This document shows positions 9,573-17,869 of a stretch of 64,000 nt of DNA, piece after piece; position 1 is the stretch's first letter; every line of letters starts with the position of its first letter. Position numbers and translations under genes: made by a program. The stretch is from a virus: positions 1 to 64,000 of IMG/VR virus record IMGVR_UViG_3300020473_000020. One strand, given 5' to 3'. Under the pieces are notes generated by a model. It saw only the letters and a program-made list of their open reading frames with translations. It did not search any database and was not told the DNA's origin.

Positions 9573-10052
9573 TTAAAGTTTAGCTAGCGCGGCTCTGACG
9601 GCTTCGTCAGGCTTTACAAGCGTTTGACGGTCTTCGGGGTACTCCCATTCACCGTCGGGTGAAACAAGTAAATTCTCACTGATACCTGTGTCAGGGCAGC
9701 GTGTCATTGCGAGTCCGAGAGGATGCAGGACTTCTCGGTTTATCCGCTCAATGAGGCCAAGATCACTGGCCTTATTCCAATCTATCGTCTTCATATCAAC
9801 CTGCTGTGGCGGTCGCAACGCAATATCTATGCAGACCCCCATGCCTGATGTGAATTTTAGAAGCATTTCGATAGAGAACAAATGATAGTTACCATTCCTC
9901 AATGAGTTAATTCTTGGCTGCGTTGTTTTTAAAGTGCTGGCCAGTTCCTTCTCAGTTTGACCCGACTCATTCATCAGATTGACCAAGTACTCGGCGACTT
10001 TTGATTTTAACGCCTGTAAGTCTTGTCTAACCTCAGTGCTCGCTTCTATCAA
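9573..10052 (-). CDS. XRE-family HTH protein fused to a conserved phage domain
   Basis: TEKELASTLKTTQPRINSL..FSIEML HTH; C-terminal DLGLIERINREVLHPLGLA. Confidence 0.7.
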   Translation of the reverse strand: MIEASTEVRQDLQALKSKVAEYLVNLMNESGQTEKELASTLKTTQPRINSLRNGNYHLFSIEMLLKFTSGMGVCIDIALRPPQQVDMKTIDWNKASDLGLIERINREVLHPLGLAMTRCPDTGISENLLVSPDGEWEYPEDRQTLVKPDEAVRAALAKL

Positions 10053-10915
10053 AGTGTTAATTCCCCCGATACAAGGCCATTGTAAATACCGACGACTGAC
10101 TTAAACCCTTTGGCATTTAGCTCTGAGTTTAGAAGTGTGTCAGCAAAGTGCTGTGCTATGCCGCTGTCACCCAGTTGAAGGTCAGTGTGACGTCTCACGT
10201 TACATTGACTGAACAACTCGGGGAACGCCTCACGCAACAATGCCTTTTCAGGTTTGTTAACGGTGTCCCAGTCTGTCGCATCATGAACCTCAGCCCAAAA
10301 CCGTGTGCTGTCGTACGGGCTATGGTAGAACTTACCAAGTGCCATGGTCTCACTCTTGAAGACACGACGCTGGCTCTTCTCCTGACGCCATGTGTGTGCA
10401 CGGTAGCGGTCAAGGTGTTCACGTAGGTGCATGCAGCCTTTCTTGGTGGTAGCGAAGTAGTCATCAGCGCCGATACCCGTCAAGACAACTGACTGCGTTA
10501 TCTCACCGAAGGCATGCGTCATCGGCCAACAGCATTCAATATCGGCCTTACCTGTCAGGCCAAGCTTACCGATTGCGTAGTTAAGATAACGATACAGGTG
10601 CTCTTTGCTGGTGGGTAAGTCAACGCGTGTGAAAGGTACGCCTAAGACCTCGCAGGTGTTCTCTGCGATTTTAACATCAGTGGATTGATGGCCTTCTAGC
10701 GCGAATGAATAGGCTGCTGGTTGCAGTCCTGCCTCAATACAAGCAAAGAGCACTGCATGTGAGTCAATGCCCGAAGAGAGTAGGACAGCCACATCACCAC
10801 TCGGGTAGCAGCTGACCTCGTCCAGTAGTGCCTGACGTACATCGGGCACTATTTTTTGCTCGTATTGTGCACGGACACGCTCACCGATCTTGTGTGTGAT
10901 TTCGGAGCGTGCCAT
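10049..10915 (-). CDS. Stand-alone asparagine synthetase C-terminal-like (PP-loop ATP pyrophosphatase) protein
   Basis: VLLSSGIDS PP-loop, VLTGIGADD, KALLREAF; no glutaminase domain. Confidence 0.75.
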   Translation of the reverse strand: MARSEITHKIGERVRAQYEQKIVPDVRQALLDEVSCYPSGDVAVLLSSGIDSHAVLFACIEAGLQPAAYSFALEGHQSTDVKIAENTCEVLGVPFTRVDLPTSKEHLYRYLNYAIGKLGLTGKADIECCWPMTHAFGEITQSVVLTGIGADDYFATTKKGCMHLREHLDRYRAHTWRQEKSQRRVFKSETMALGKFYHSPYDSTRFWAEVHDATDWDTVNKPEKALLREAFPELFSQCNVRRHTDLQLGDSGIAQHFADTLLNSELNAKGFKSVVGIYNGLVSGELTL

Positions 10916-10917
10916 GA

Positions 10918-11511
10918 CTATGCGGCCTCTTCAATTTCTGGGTCTTCCAGCCATACCGTGTTTAATGGCACAGGGATAATTTTGGCGATTGAATTAGGGA
11001 TTTTACCATTACGGAAGATGAATAGAGCCTGTGCCTTTGGTTGGTCGCGTGCTACTTCACCCGTCGTTGGATGTACGAAGCGTACACGGCCTGAGCGCCA
11101 TTGGCCTTTCTCGTTATGGTACCCAGTCAGTAGCCAGATTTCGCTCGCGGCTTCTATTGCTTGGGTGCACCAGTGGCTAGAGTGATCCCAGTTCGCGATG
11201 AGTACCGTGCCGACGTCGTCTTTCGTTTCTGCGATGGCCTGACTGATAAAGCCATCCATATTTGAGAACGGTGGGTTACACCAGACGTTTCGAGAACTGG
11301 CACCGATTGCTTTTAGGCGCTCTGACCATGACTGCGTTAGTGCACTGTCTTCTGCTGTGAAGTAGTTATCACACAGGTGGTGGTCATCTGATGCGGCAGC
11401 ATCTAAGCTGAAATTGAAAATCTTATTAAGTGCATTGAAAAGTTGGTGGGGTGTCTGCCAACAATCCTTAACCGTCTCGTCTGTCGTAGACTTAGGTAAA
11501 CGTCTGCTCAC
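10918..11511 (-). CDS. Phage DNA N6-adenine methyltransferase (Dam/PF05869-type)
   Basis: WQTP, FSLDAAAS, VWCNPPFS motifs. Confidence 0.88.
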   Translation of the reverse strand: MSRRLPKSTTDETVKDCWQTPHQLFNALNKIFNFSLDAAASDDHHLCDNYFTAEDSALTQSWSERLKAIGASSRNVWCNPPFSNMDGFISQAIAETKDDVGTVLIANWDHSSHWCTQAIEAASEIWLLTGYHNEKGQWRSGRVRFVHPTTGEVARDQPKAQALFIFRNGKIPNSIAKIIPVPLNTVWLEDPEIEEAA

Positions 11512-11651
11512 TAGAAGCTCCTATAATTTTTTTATCTTTGTCTCAATTACTTGGCGCGCAGCCAATTTCAAGGTGAATATTACACGGAACTGCGACCCCT
11601 GTACACGGCTTTATGCAATGGTGCAGAGGCGTAACCGCCGTAATTACCAGC

Positions 11652-11681
11652 TTGACATCGTTGTACAAAGCCTAATACACT
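11652..11681 (+). promoter_or_regulatory. Sigma70-type promoter with TTGTACAA in the spacer
   Basis: TTGACA-18 bp-TACACT. Confidence 0.55.
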
Positions 11682-11690
11682 GCACCACAG

Positions 11691-12344
11691 GTGATTACAC
11701 GAAAAGAAGACGTAATGTATAAAGTTAACGAGGCGGACAGAATACCTGTTCGTACAATTGAAGAAGCTGCGCGATTAGACGCTGAATACGGCGGTTTTAT
11801 CGGTGGTGACGAGAAAGACTACCCAAAGGTTGCGGAGCTTATGGATAAGATTGCAAATATGTACAGCACGAACATACCGCGAAACTTCATGAAGATCATG
11901 AAGCAATCATACCGTGTCGTTGATATGCTTAACACAAAGACCGCTCAATACTCTGTGTGCCAGAAGGGGTGCTCTCACTGCTGCCGTGTGGCAGTGCCAA
12001 TCAGTCGTATGGAAGCTGAGTACATCAGTCGTAAGACGGGTCGTAAGATTAACGAAGAGCCTCGACGTAAGGTCGCAACTGATGACCCGTTCATTGAGTA
12101 TTGCCCCTTTCACGATGATAAGACCGCAAGCTGCACTGTTCATGAACACCGCCCGTTAGCGTGTCGCATCTTTTTCACGTTTGATGACCCTAAGAACTGC
12201 GAAAACAGTTCTACGATGCACACAATCTCTACCGATGAAGGCGCAACAAGGCAGCGTCCAGTCATGCAGCTGACGCAGTGGATGGCCATTGGAAGTGAAA
12301 TGGAAGCTGACGACATCCGTTCATACTTTGCTAATCAGGACTAG
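11691..12344 (+). CDS. YkgJ/UPF0153 CxxCxxCC cysteine-cluster protein
   Basis: CQKGCSHCC, CPF, CTVHEHRPLACR; start may be the ATG at 11715. Confidence 0.85.
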   Translation: MITRKEDVMYKVNEADRIPVRTIEEAARLDAEYGGFIGGDEKDYPKVAELMDKIANMYSTNIPRNFMKIMKQSYRVVDMLNTKTAQYSVCQKGCSHCCRVAVPISRMEAEYISRKTGRKINEEPRRKVATDDPFIEYCPFHDDKTASCTVHEHRPLACRIFFTFDDPKNCENSSTMHTISTDEGATRQRPVMQLTQWMAIGSEMEADDIRSYFANQD

Positions 12345-12406
12345 ACATACTCGCCCTAATGCGGTAAAACAGATTTATTGTACAACGATGTTTGTTTTAG
12401 GATGCC

Positions 12407-12613
12407 ATGTTGGGGCTAGAAGTACTGCACAATATCCTATCTGCGTCACTACTTTGGTTAGTGATGATAGGTCTTGCTGTCTTGTACAAAAGTCTACAGG
12501 CACTCATAGCCTGCTGGTACCCACCACCGAATTGTAACCACAATAGAACGAGATACCGAGTAACCTGTTTCAACCAACCGCAGTTCTTTGGGTACTGTAT
12601 GGAGCTTACATAG
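12407..12613 (+). CDS. Small membrane protein
   Basis: Hydrophobic N-terminus, followed by a terminator. Confidence 0.4.
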   Translation: MLGLEVLHNILSASLLWLVMIGLAVLYKSLQALIACWYPPPNCNHNRTRYRVTCFNQPQFFGYCMELT

Positions 12614-12622
12614 GTTACAAAG

Positions 12623-12658
12623 AAAAGCCCGCTGTCATGCAACATGAGCGGGCTTTTT
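12623..12658. terminator. Bidirectional intrinsic terminator
   Basis: AAAAGCCCGCT...AGCGGGCTTTTT. Confidence 0.75.
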
Positions 12659-12677
12659 GCTGTCTTGGCGCTGACGC

Positions 12678-13796
12678 CTAGTACTTTTTAGTACGGCTAC
12701 TTGAGCTGCTTTTAGTTTTACTTGAGCTACCGTAGCTGCTGCTTCGGCTACTGCTACCATAGCTGCTTTTAGTTTTACTTGAGCTACCATAACTGCTGCT
12801 TCGGCTACTGCTGCCGTAGCTGCTCTTATTTGAGTTGTAGCCACTGCTGCGGTTGTTATTAGCTTTCTGCTTGTTTTGATTATTGTAGCTAGTGTGTTTA
12901 GAAGATTGTTTCTGGCCTGAGTATGACTTATCTTTTGGCGCGTTACCGTACGCGGTGCGGCGTGCGTTATCACGGCTAAGTGTTAGCCCCTTACTTTGCT
13001 GTGCTTTGGCCTCTTTTTCTTTCTGGGCTTTCTGCTCAGCGACTTTCTTGGCATGGGCAGCTTTATCACGGGCACTTTGCTCTTTACGGCGTTGTAGTTC
13101 TTTTTGTTCAGAAACCTTTTTAGCGTGGGCTGCTTTGTCTTTGGCGCTTTGGGCTGCACGGCGATCAGCTTCTGATTGTGTGATCGTCTTCCCTTTTTTA
13201 TCGGTTGTTAAACCTGTTTTACCTTGGGCTTTGGCCAGCTTCGCCTCGGCTTCGTATTGCTTCTTCTTTGCTTTCCACATATCGCGTTCAGCTTTAGCAG
13301 CCTTTGCGCGTGACTCGTACTCTGATTGTGAAAGGGTACGACCGTCGCGGCCTGTAGCATGCTCTACGACAATAACGTCTTTTTTCCATCCACCACGGTG
13401 CTTACGATCCCAATCGTCGCGTGACAGGGCTACTGCAAGCGCTGAGGCAGCAATGACACCTGTGGCCACTTGATAATCAAGGTACGAACGTGTTTGAGCA
13501 GCTTGTACACTGTCTTCGTTATGCCAGCGCCAGTTACCGAAGGTGTCCCAGTAACCGTACTGTAGGTTACCACGGTAGTCCACGTAGTTACCTGCCGCGA
13601 TAGGGGCAACAGGTCGAGGCTGGCTATAATAAGCAAGCTTTTGCTCGTGTGCCATTTCCTTTTCAGCAAGGTCTTGGCCAGATTGGATTTTGGCTAGTTT
13701 GATTTCATGTTCGCGTTGTAGTTGCTCTTCGCTCTTTCCACAACCTGTCAGTACTAAGGCCGCAGCTAGACCGACTAATGCTAGTAGTCTTTTCAT
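12678..13796 (-). CDS. Lipoprotein with Lys/Ala-rich coiled coil and Ser-rich tail
   Basis: Signal peptide with lipobox LTGC; low-complexity C-terminus. Confidence 0.75.
   Translation of the reverse strand: MKRLLALVGLAAALVLTGCGKSEEQLQREHEIKLAKIQSGQDLAEKEMAHEQKLAYYSQPRPVAPIAAGNYVDYRGNLQYGYWDTFGNWRWHNEDSVQAAQTRSYLDYQVATGVIAASALAVALSRDDWDRKHRGGWKKDVIVVEHATGRDGRTLSQSEYESRAKAAKAERDMWKAKKKQYEAEAKLAKAQGKTGLTTDKKGKTITQSEADRRAAQSAKDKAAHAKKVSEQKELQRRKEQSARDKAAHAKKVAEQKAQKEKEAKAQQSKGLTLSRDNARRTAYGNAPKDKSYSGQKQSSKHTSYNNQNKQKANNNRSSGYNSNKSSYGSSSRSSSYGSSSKTKSSYGSSSRSSSYGSSSKTKSSSSSRTKKY
12704..12824. repeat. 57-bp intragenic tandem repeat encoding SSYGSSSRSSSYGSSSKTK
   Basis: AGCTGCTTTTAGTTTTACTTGAGCTACC at 12704 and 12761. 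Confidence 0.8.
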
Positions 13797-13923
13797 GTCT
13801 ATGTCTCGATTTGGTTAAATTAATGTGATGCGTTTAAATCACGAGCAGTATGGTAACAACAAAAAGTGCTGCGTGGTAGGGCAGTTTGGAAAAAGATTAG
13901 ATTTTATAAAGGTTGTACAACGG

Positions 13924-14121
13924 TCAGTCGATGATTTTGACTGCTGCTTGATTTCCGTTGGCGTCGATCCCGTTTACTGTGAAATAACCTCGGATCGGGT
14001 TTTGGCTTACTTGGCCATGCAGAGTACATGACAGGCCGTCTTCGAAGGTGACGTGCATTTTGCACATCGTATAAGCTTCTTTTGTGAAGCCTTCAAGCTC
14101 TACGTGCTTAACGCGCCTCAT
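13924..14121 (-). CDS. Hypothetical protein
   Basis: Short ORF. Confidence 0.5.
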   Translation of the reverse strand: MRRVKHVELEGFTKEAYTMCKMHVTFEDGLSCTLHGQVSQNPIRGYFTVNGIDANGNQAAVKIID

Positions 14122-14243
14122 TGGGTCAGCTTTGCGCCTTTTTGCCCAGTGAAGGTCGATTACTTCAAGTTTTATAAGATTCTCCTTGTACTTGATTCAT
14201 TCGTATTGTTGCGCAGTCGTGCGACTAGACAGGCCGCAACCAT

Positions 14244-14282
14244 GCGGTACCCCTCTGGGACTCGAACCCTTAACCAGCGCCT
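14244..14282 (-). pseudogene. tRNA remnant (T-arm and 3' strand only)
   Basis: GGGTTCGAGTCCC T-loop at the distal end of the tRNA cluster; no matching 5' half seen. Confidence 0.35.
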
Positions 14283-14367
14283 CTATCGCAATTAACTTTT
14301 TTGCTGGCGACTACGCAACGGAGTATAAGCGATACTATCGCTAAATGTCGAGAGAATAAAGAGAAAG

Positions 14368-14445
14368 TGGTCGGCCGCGAAGGATTTGAACCTTCGACCA
14401 ATTGGTTAAAAGCCAACTGCTCTAACCTGACTGAGCTAGCGGCCG
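14368..14445 (-). tRNA. tRNA-Lys(UUU)
   Basis: Cloverleaf CGGCCGC..GTTGG CT TTT AA CCAAT..GGTTCAAATCC..GCGGCCG A CCA. Confidence 0.93.
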
Positions 14446-14459
14446 ACATAAAAAGAGGT

Positions 14460-14534
14460 TGGACTAGGCGAGGATTTGAACCTCGCGTCCCGACCCTTCA
14501 ACCGAGGGCGGCTCTCACACTGAGCTACTAGTCC
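14460..14534 (-). tRNA. Atypical tRNA-like gene (GUU at anticodon position, G33, 6-bp T stem, no encoded CCA)
   Basis: GGACTAG/CTAGTCC acceptor, GCTC/GAGC D stem, GCCCT-CGGTTGA-AGGGT arm, TTCAAAT T loop. Confidence 0.6.
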
Positions 14535-14540
14535 ACAAAG

Positions 14541-14616
14541 TGGCGGATCCTACTGGGCTTGAACCAGTGACCTCTGGATTAACAGTCCATTGCTCTACCA
14601 ACTGAGCTAAGGATCC
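14541..14616 (-). tRNA. tRNA-Asn(GUU)
   Basis: 76-nt cloverleaf, loop CT GTT AA, CCA encoded. Confidence 0.93.
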
Positions 14617-14626
14617 TAAATAAGTT

Positions 14627-14703
14627 TGGGGTGGCTCACGGGACTCGAACCCGTGACCGACGCGATCACAACGCGTAGCTCTACCAACTGAGCTAGAGCC
14701 ACC
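14627..14703 (-). tRNA. tRNA-His(GUG)
   Basis: Cloverleaf with G-1:C73, loop TT GTG AT, CCA. Confidence 0.95.
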
Positions 14704-14716
14704 ATACCAAAGAAAG

Positions 14717-14792
14717 TGGCGGATCCTACTGGACTTGAACCAGTGGCCTGATCGTTAACAGCGAACTGCTCTACCAACTGAGCTAAGGATCC
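14717..14792 (-). tRNA. tRNA-Asn(GUU), second variant
   Basis: Near-identical body to 14541-14616 with a different anticodon stem. Confidence 0.93.
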
Positions 14793-14797
14793 TAAAT

Positions 14798-14874
14798 TGG
14801 TCGGTGTTGTAGGATTTGAACCTACGACCCCTTCGCCCCAAACGAAGTGCGCTACCAAACTGCGCTAAACACCG
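14798..14874 (-). tRNA. tRNA-Pro(UGG)
   Basis: CGGTGTT.., loop TT TGG GG, ACCA end. Confidence 0.94.
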
Positions 14875-14883
14875 ATTTTAAAT

Positions 14884-14958
14884 TGGTAGGGGCGGCAAGA
14901 CTCGAACTTGCGAATGCTGGAATCAAAATCCAGTGCCTTACCACTTGGCTACGCCCCT
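14884..14958 (-). tRNA. tRNA-Gln(UUG)
   Basis: GCCAAGTGGTAAGGC D arm, loop TT TTG AT, CCA. Confidence 0.93.
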
Positions 14959-15097
14959 TCCATGTTTTAAATAATTACATACTGATTTTTCTTCGTCAAC
15001 ACTTTTTTATAAAAAACTTCAATTAAAACAGTTACTTACATTATCTCAGGCCGAGCGAACCCGCTTTACTTTTTACTTAGCAAAGTCCTGAAACGAC

Positions 15098-15129
15098 AAA
15101 AGCCCCGAGGCGGAAAACCTTGGGGCTTT
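15098..15129 (-). terminator. Attenuator terminator (3:4 hairpin) upstream of the tRNA operon
   Basis: AAAGCCCCAAGG-TTTTCCG-CCTCGGGGCTTTT on the minus strand. Confidence 0.8.
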
Positions 15130-15210
15130 ATGCAAATCAGATTAACTCTAACTTCTATCGCGTAAACACACCAAGACCCGCCAGTGACAGGTCTCGATGA
15201 CACCTGTCAA

Positions 15211-15255
15211 CTACGGTTGATTATTGGGTTGTTTATGCTGATGATTAAAAGTCAT
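15211..15255 (-). CDS. Leader peptide MTFNHQHKQPNNQP
   Basis: ATG ACT TTT AAT CAT CAG CAT AAA CAA CCC AAT AAT CAA CCG TAG; weak AGAG SD-like sequence upstream. Confidence 0.75.
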   Translation of the reverse strand: MTFNHQHKQPNNQP

Positions 15256-15299
15256 TTGCTAAGTTACTCTAACACTAAATAAAAAATCTGTTCGAGTAA

Positions 15300-15557
15300 T
15301 CATAATAGCGTAGGACTAGGGCGTTGTACAACCTTTTCTGGGTCTGGTGCACAGATTTCTATATCGAAACCGCATGAGCGCAGAAGCTGTGTACGATGCG
15401 CTCGCTCATTTTCATAGAACGTATGTGTCGAAAGATAGTGCTGCTTCTCACCTGTCACTTTGTTAACGACCCAGCCACTGAATCGATCAACCTCTATCGT
15501 ATGCGTTGCCGAGTCGGGGAGCTGCGCTAGCTGCTCCCAGTTCATTACCTTCTGCAT
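15300..15557 (-). CDS. Hypothetical phage protein
   Basis: ORF in operon (YLSTHTFY..CGFD). Confidence 0.6.
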   Translation of the reverse strand: MQKVMNWEQLAQLPDSATHTIEVDRFSGWVVNKVTGEKQHYLSTHTFYENERAHRTQLLRSCGFDIEICAPDPEKVVQRPSPTLL

Positions 15558-15862
15558 TACGCTTTCTTCTTGCTGAAAAGTCCTTTGGACTTCTTAACAG
15601 GCTTCTCATCTAGCATTAGGTCAATCACGTACGTGTTGTTGACATGGTCGAGCACACTAATCACAGCATCAAGCATCGCATCGTCAAGCTCGTTGATAAT
15701 GCTGTGTATGTTAGCCTCGCGGTCGTCAGTTGCCGTAAGATGTAAGCGCTGGCACACCTCTTCGATAGCATCGTTTGGCAGACGGTTAGTTAATAAGTCA
15801 CTAAGCTCGTTTAGCGCCTTTTCGTGGGTGTAATTGCCGTAAGCTATGTATCGTCTAGTCAT
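15557..15862 (-). CDS. Hypothetical protein
   Basis: Translationally coupled ORF. Confidence 0.55.
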   Translation of the reverse strand: MTRRYIAYGNYTHEKALNELSDLLTNRLPNDAIEEVCQRLHLTATDDREANIHSIINELDDAMLDAVISVLDHVNNTYVIDLMLDEKPVKKSKGLFSKKKA

Positions 15863-16271
15863 TGTCTGTTTTCCCCTTGTTTAAGAATGCGGCTAGTTCG
15901 TCTTCGCCATTCACCGAGGTTTTAATTACCTTGCCTCGGCCGTCTTCTAACTTACGGTCAAAGTAAGCGGCAACCAGTCTATCGAATGAGTCAAGCTCTT
16001 CCTCTAGCAGGTCTTCCATGTGACTGCATAACTGCGCCATCAGACTCTCATGGTTCGCAGCCTCTGCATGTGGCTCTGCGCCAAAGCCCAGCAAAAGAAA
16101 TGCTTCAAGTTCTTTGTCTGTGCACTCGGCTAGGGCTAGTGCCTTGGCCATGATGTAGCTCGCCATGTCTACTTCGTAATTATCTTTAGTATCAGTCATT
16201 ATTTCTTCTTCACGTGTTTCGTTACCACTTTGCTGATCACTTCTCTCAGCATCTGTGGTGCATTGGGACAA
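15855..16271 (-). CDS. Hypothetical acidic protein
   Basis: ORF; start may be MTDTK. Confidence 0.5.
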   Translation of the reverse strand: MSQCTTDAERSDQQSGNETREEEIMTDTKDNYEVDMASYIMAKALALAECTDKELEAFLLLGFGAEPHAEAANHESLMAQLCSHMEDLLEEELDSFDRLVAAYFDRKLEDGRGKVIKTSVNGEDELAAFLNKGKTDND

Positions 16272-16371
16272 ATTCGTTTTACTTCGTCGCGAAGCTCATT
16301 CACCAGCGCCGCTACCTCGTGGTCGGCCAGCTGTGTCGTACGCTTGTTCGTTTCGGCTGCCATAAAATACC

Positions 16372-16773
16372 TTAAATCGTGCTATTAGGGTTTCGTTTGT
16401 AGCGCCACATATCCAACCAGTTACCGCAAGTATTCACTAGGTCATAGCGTACGCTCACAAACAGGTCTTTGATGCTATCAAGTTCCCACGGCATTACTTC
16501 ACGTATGATGTAGTAGGGAGCAGGGCGCTCAGTATCAACCCACGTCTCATCGAAAAAGACACCATCATTGCTATTGATAAAGTGGATCATCCCATTATGG
16601 GTACCTGCCCAAACGAGCCATACCTTGTTCGCACGGCCAGCTCTGTAAGCCTGCACCGCATTGTCAAAGCATAACTGATTATTGAAAGCAAACTGACTAT
16701 GACTGAATGACTCTGGGTCGATGGGCTTATAGTTGCGCTTTATGTGTCGAAAGACTTTCTCAGTTAGCTTCAT
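16372..16773 (-). CDS. Hypothetical protein
   Basis: ORF in operon. Confidence 0.55.
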   Translation of the reverse strand: MKLTEKVFRHIKRNYKPIDPESFSHSQFAFNNQLCFDNAVQAYRAGRANKVWLVWAGTHNGMIHFINSNDGVFFDETWVDTERPAPYYIIREVMPWELDSIKDLFVSVRYDLVNTCGNWLDMWRYKRNPNSTI

Positions 16774-17218
16774 GGTTCGCTTGTTCCGTCAGGTCTTCAA
16801 GTAAATAGAAGTTATCTGCAATACGCTGGCAAATCGCACGTATTTCTGACTCTTTCTCTGGGTCATTAACCTGTAGTGCTTGGCCGTCACCTGCTGGGTT
16901 GCTAGCCGTCGACTTGTACACGCCGTGCAGACCCGTGTAGCTTAGGTGGTTACTATCAATATGAAGCTCACCACTACGGTAGAACGCTTTTAACCCGCCC
17001 ATAGAGTTTGCTTGACGGGTTTCTAACTCAGTTGCCTTGTTTAGCTCATCTAGAATAAAGGCCATTTCATACAGGATCCACGATGGCCAGCCGCCTACGG
17101 ATTCCTGAAAGGATAGGTGGAAGGTGCCGTCTACTTCACGGTACGCCGTAGTGATAGGTTTGTTGTTGTACAAGATTTCGACGTTATCATCATCGACGTG
17201 GTTAACCATTAATTTCAT
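16760..17218 (-). CDS. Hypothetical protein
   Basis: ORF with GAGG SD. Confidence 0.55.
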   Translation of the reverse strand: MKLMVNHVDDDNVEILYNNKPITTAYREVDGTFHLSFQESVGGWPSWILYEMAFILDELNKATELETRQANSMGGLKAFYRSGELHIDSNHLSYTGLHGVYKSTASNPAGDGQALQVNDPEKESEIRAICQRIADNFYLLEDLTEQANHEAN

Positions 17219-17302
17219 AGTACTGCCTCGTTTCTCGGTCTCATTTACCGAAAAAGCCCCGCACCATTACTGGTAGCAGGGCTGACTGTACTCGGATGAG
17301 CG

Positions 17303-17488
17303 TCAGGTCTTTTTGATGGTATCGACCTTGCGCTTAACTTTGTAGATTGCGACTGCAATGGCCACTACGATGACCAATACAACCGCTTTAAAAATACCAC
17401 TGATGATCGGGAGCAAGAAGTACAGGGCAATCAGCCCTAAAATAATTGCAACCACTACTTTTGGGTTTTTCTTTAAAAATCCAAACAT
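17303..17488 (-). CDS. Small two-helix membrane protein
   Basis: Two hydrophobic helices, basic tail. Confidence 0.6.
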   Translation of the reverse strand: MFGFLKKNPKVVVAIILGLIALYFLLPIISGIFKAVVLVIVVAIAVAIYKVKRKVDTIKKT

Positions 17489-17674
17489 TGTAATCTCGTT
17501 GTCCTAGTTTAGGTTTAACGGCATTTCAGCTTTTACGCCGCGAATACCAATAAGCAGGGCATTAATTGCCCAGCCTATTGATAGAATCACCGCGACAGAA
17601 AAGAAGGTGCAGCCGATAAACACGCCAAAACCACTTGTTACGTATTGGAGTAATTCAAGTACCATGTGGGTGCC

Positions 17675-17869
17675 TCAGTAAATAACCTTTTTAAACACGT
17701 CGCCGTTTGGGAGTACTAGCAAGTCGTCAGCGCCGTTTACAACACGGGCGGCTGATGGAGCCGATGGCTGCATCACATAGCCATGTTTCATCAGGGTCGC
17801 CAGCTTGTAGTGGGCTTTATTGCTAAAGCCCTTTGTGGATTCTTCGTAGTACTCGTCACCGTTCTTCAT
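17675..17869 (-). CDS. Hypothetical protein
   Basis: Short ORF in operon. Confidence 0.5.
   Translation of the reverse strand: MKNGDEYYEESTKGFSNKAHYKLATLMKHGYVMQPSAPSAARVVNGADDLLVLPNGDVFKKVIY

Larger units (their letters stand above)
15098..15255 (-). promoter_or_regulatory. Putative ribosome-mediated transcription attenuator
   Basis: Leader ORF plus segment 15161-15184, which is complementary both to leader codons and to the terminator 5' arm/loop. Confidence 0.75.

Noticed and set aside
12704-12824. Possible CRISPR-like repeat
   Set aside because: In-frame coding tandem repeat with no unique spacers; no cas genes seen.
12635-13473. Ala/Thr-rich and antisense ORFs overlapping the lipoprotein
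   Set aside because: Alternate frames kept open by low-complexity repeats.
14368-14445. tRNA-Lys G31-C39 pair as a PARIS-escape variant
   Set aside because: It differs from E. coli, but the host is unknown and may have the same stem, so this cannot be supported.
14616-14858. 80-aa ORF, and the plus-strand ORF at 14301-14531
   Set aside because: Shadow ORFs over tRNA genes.
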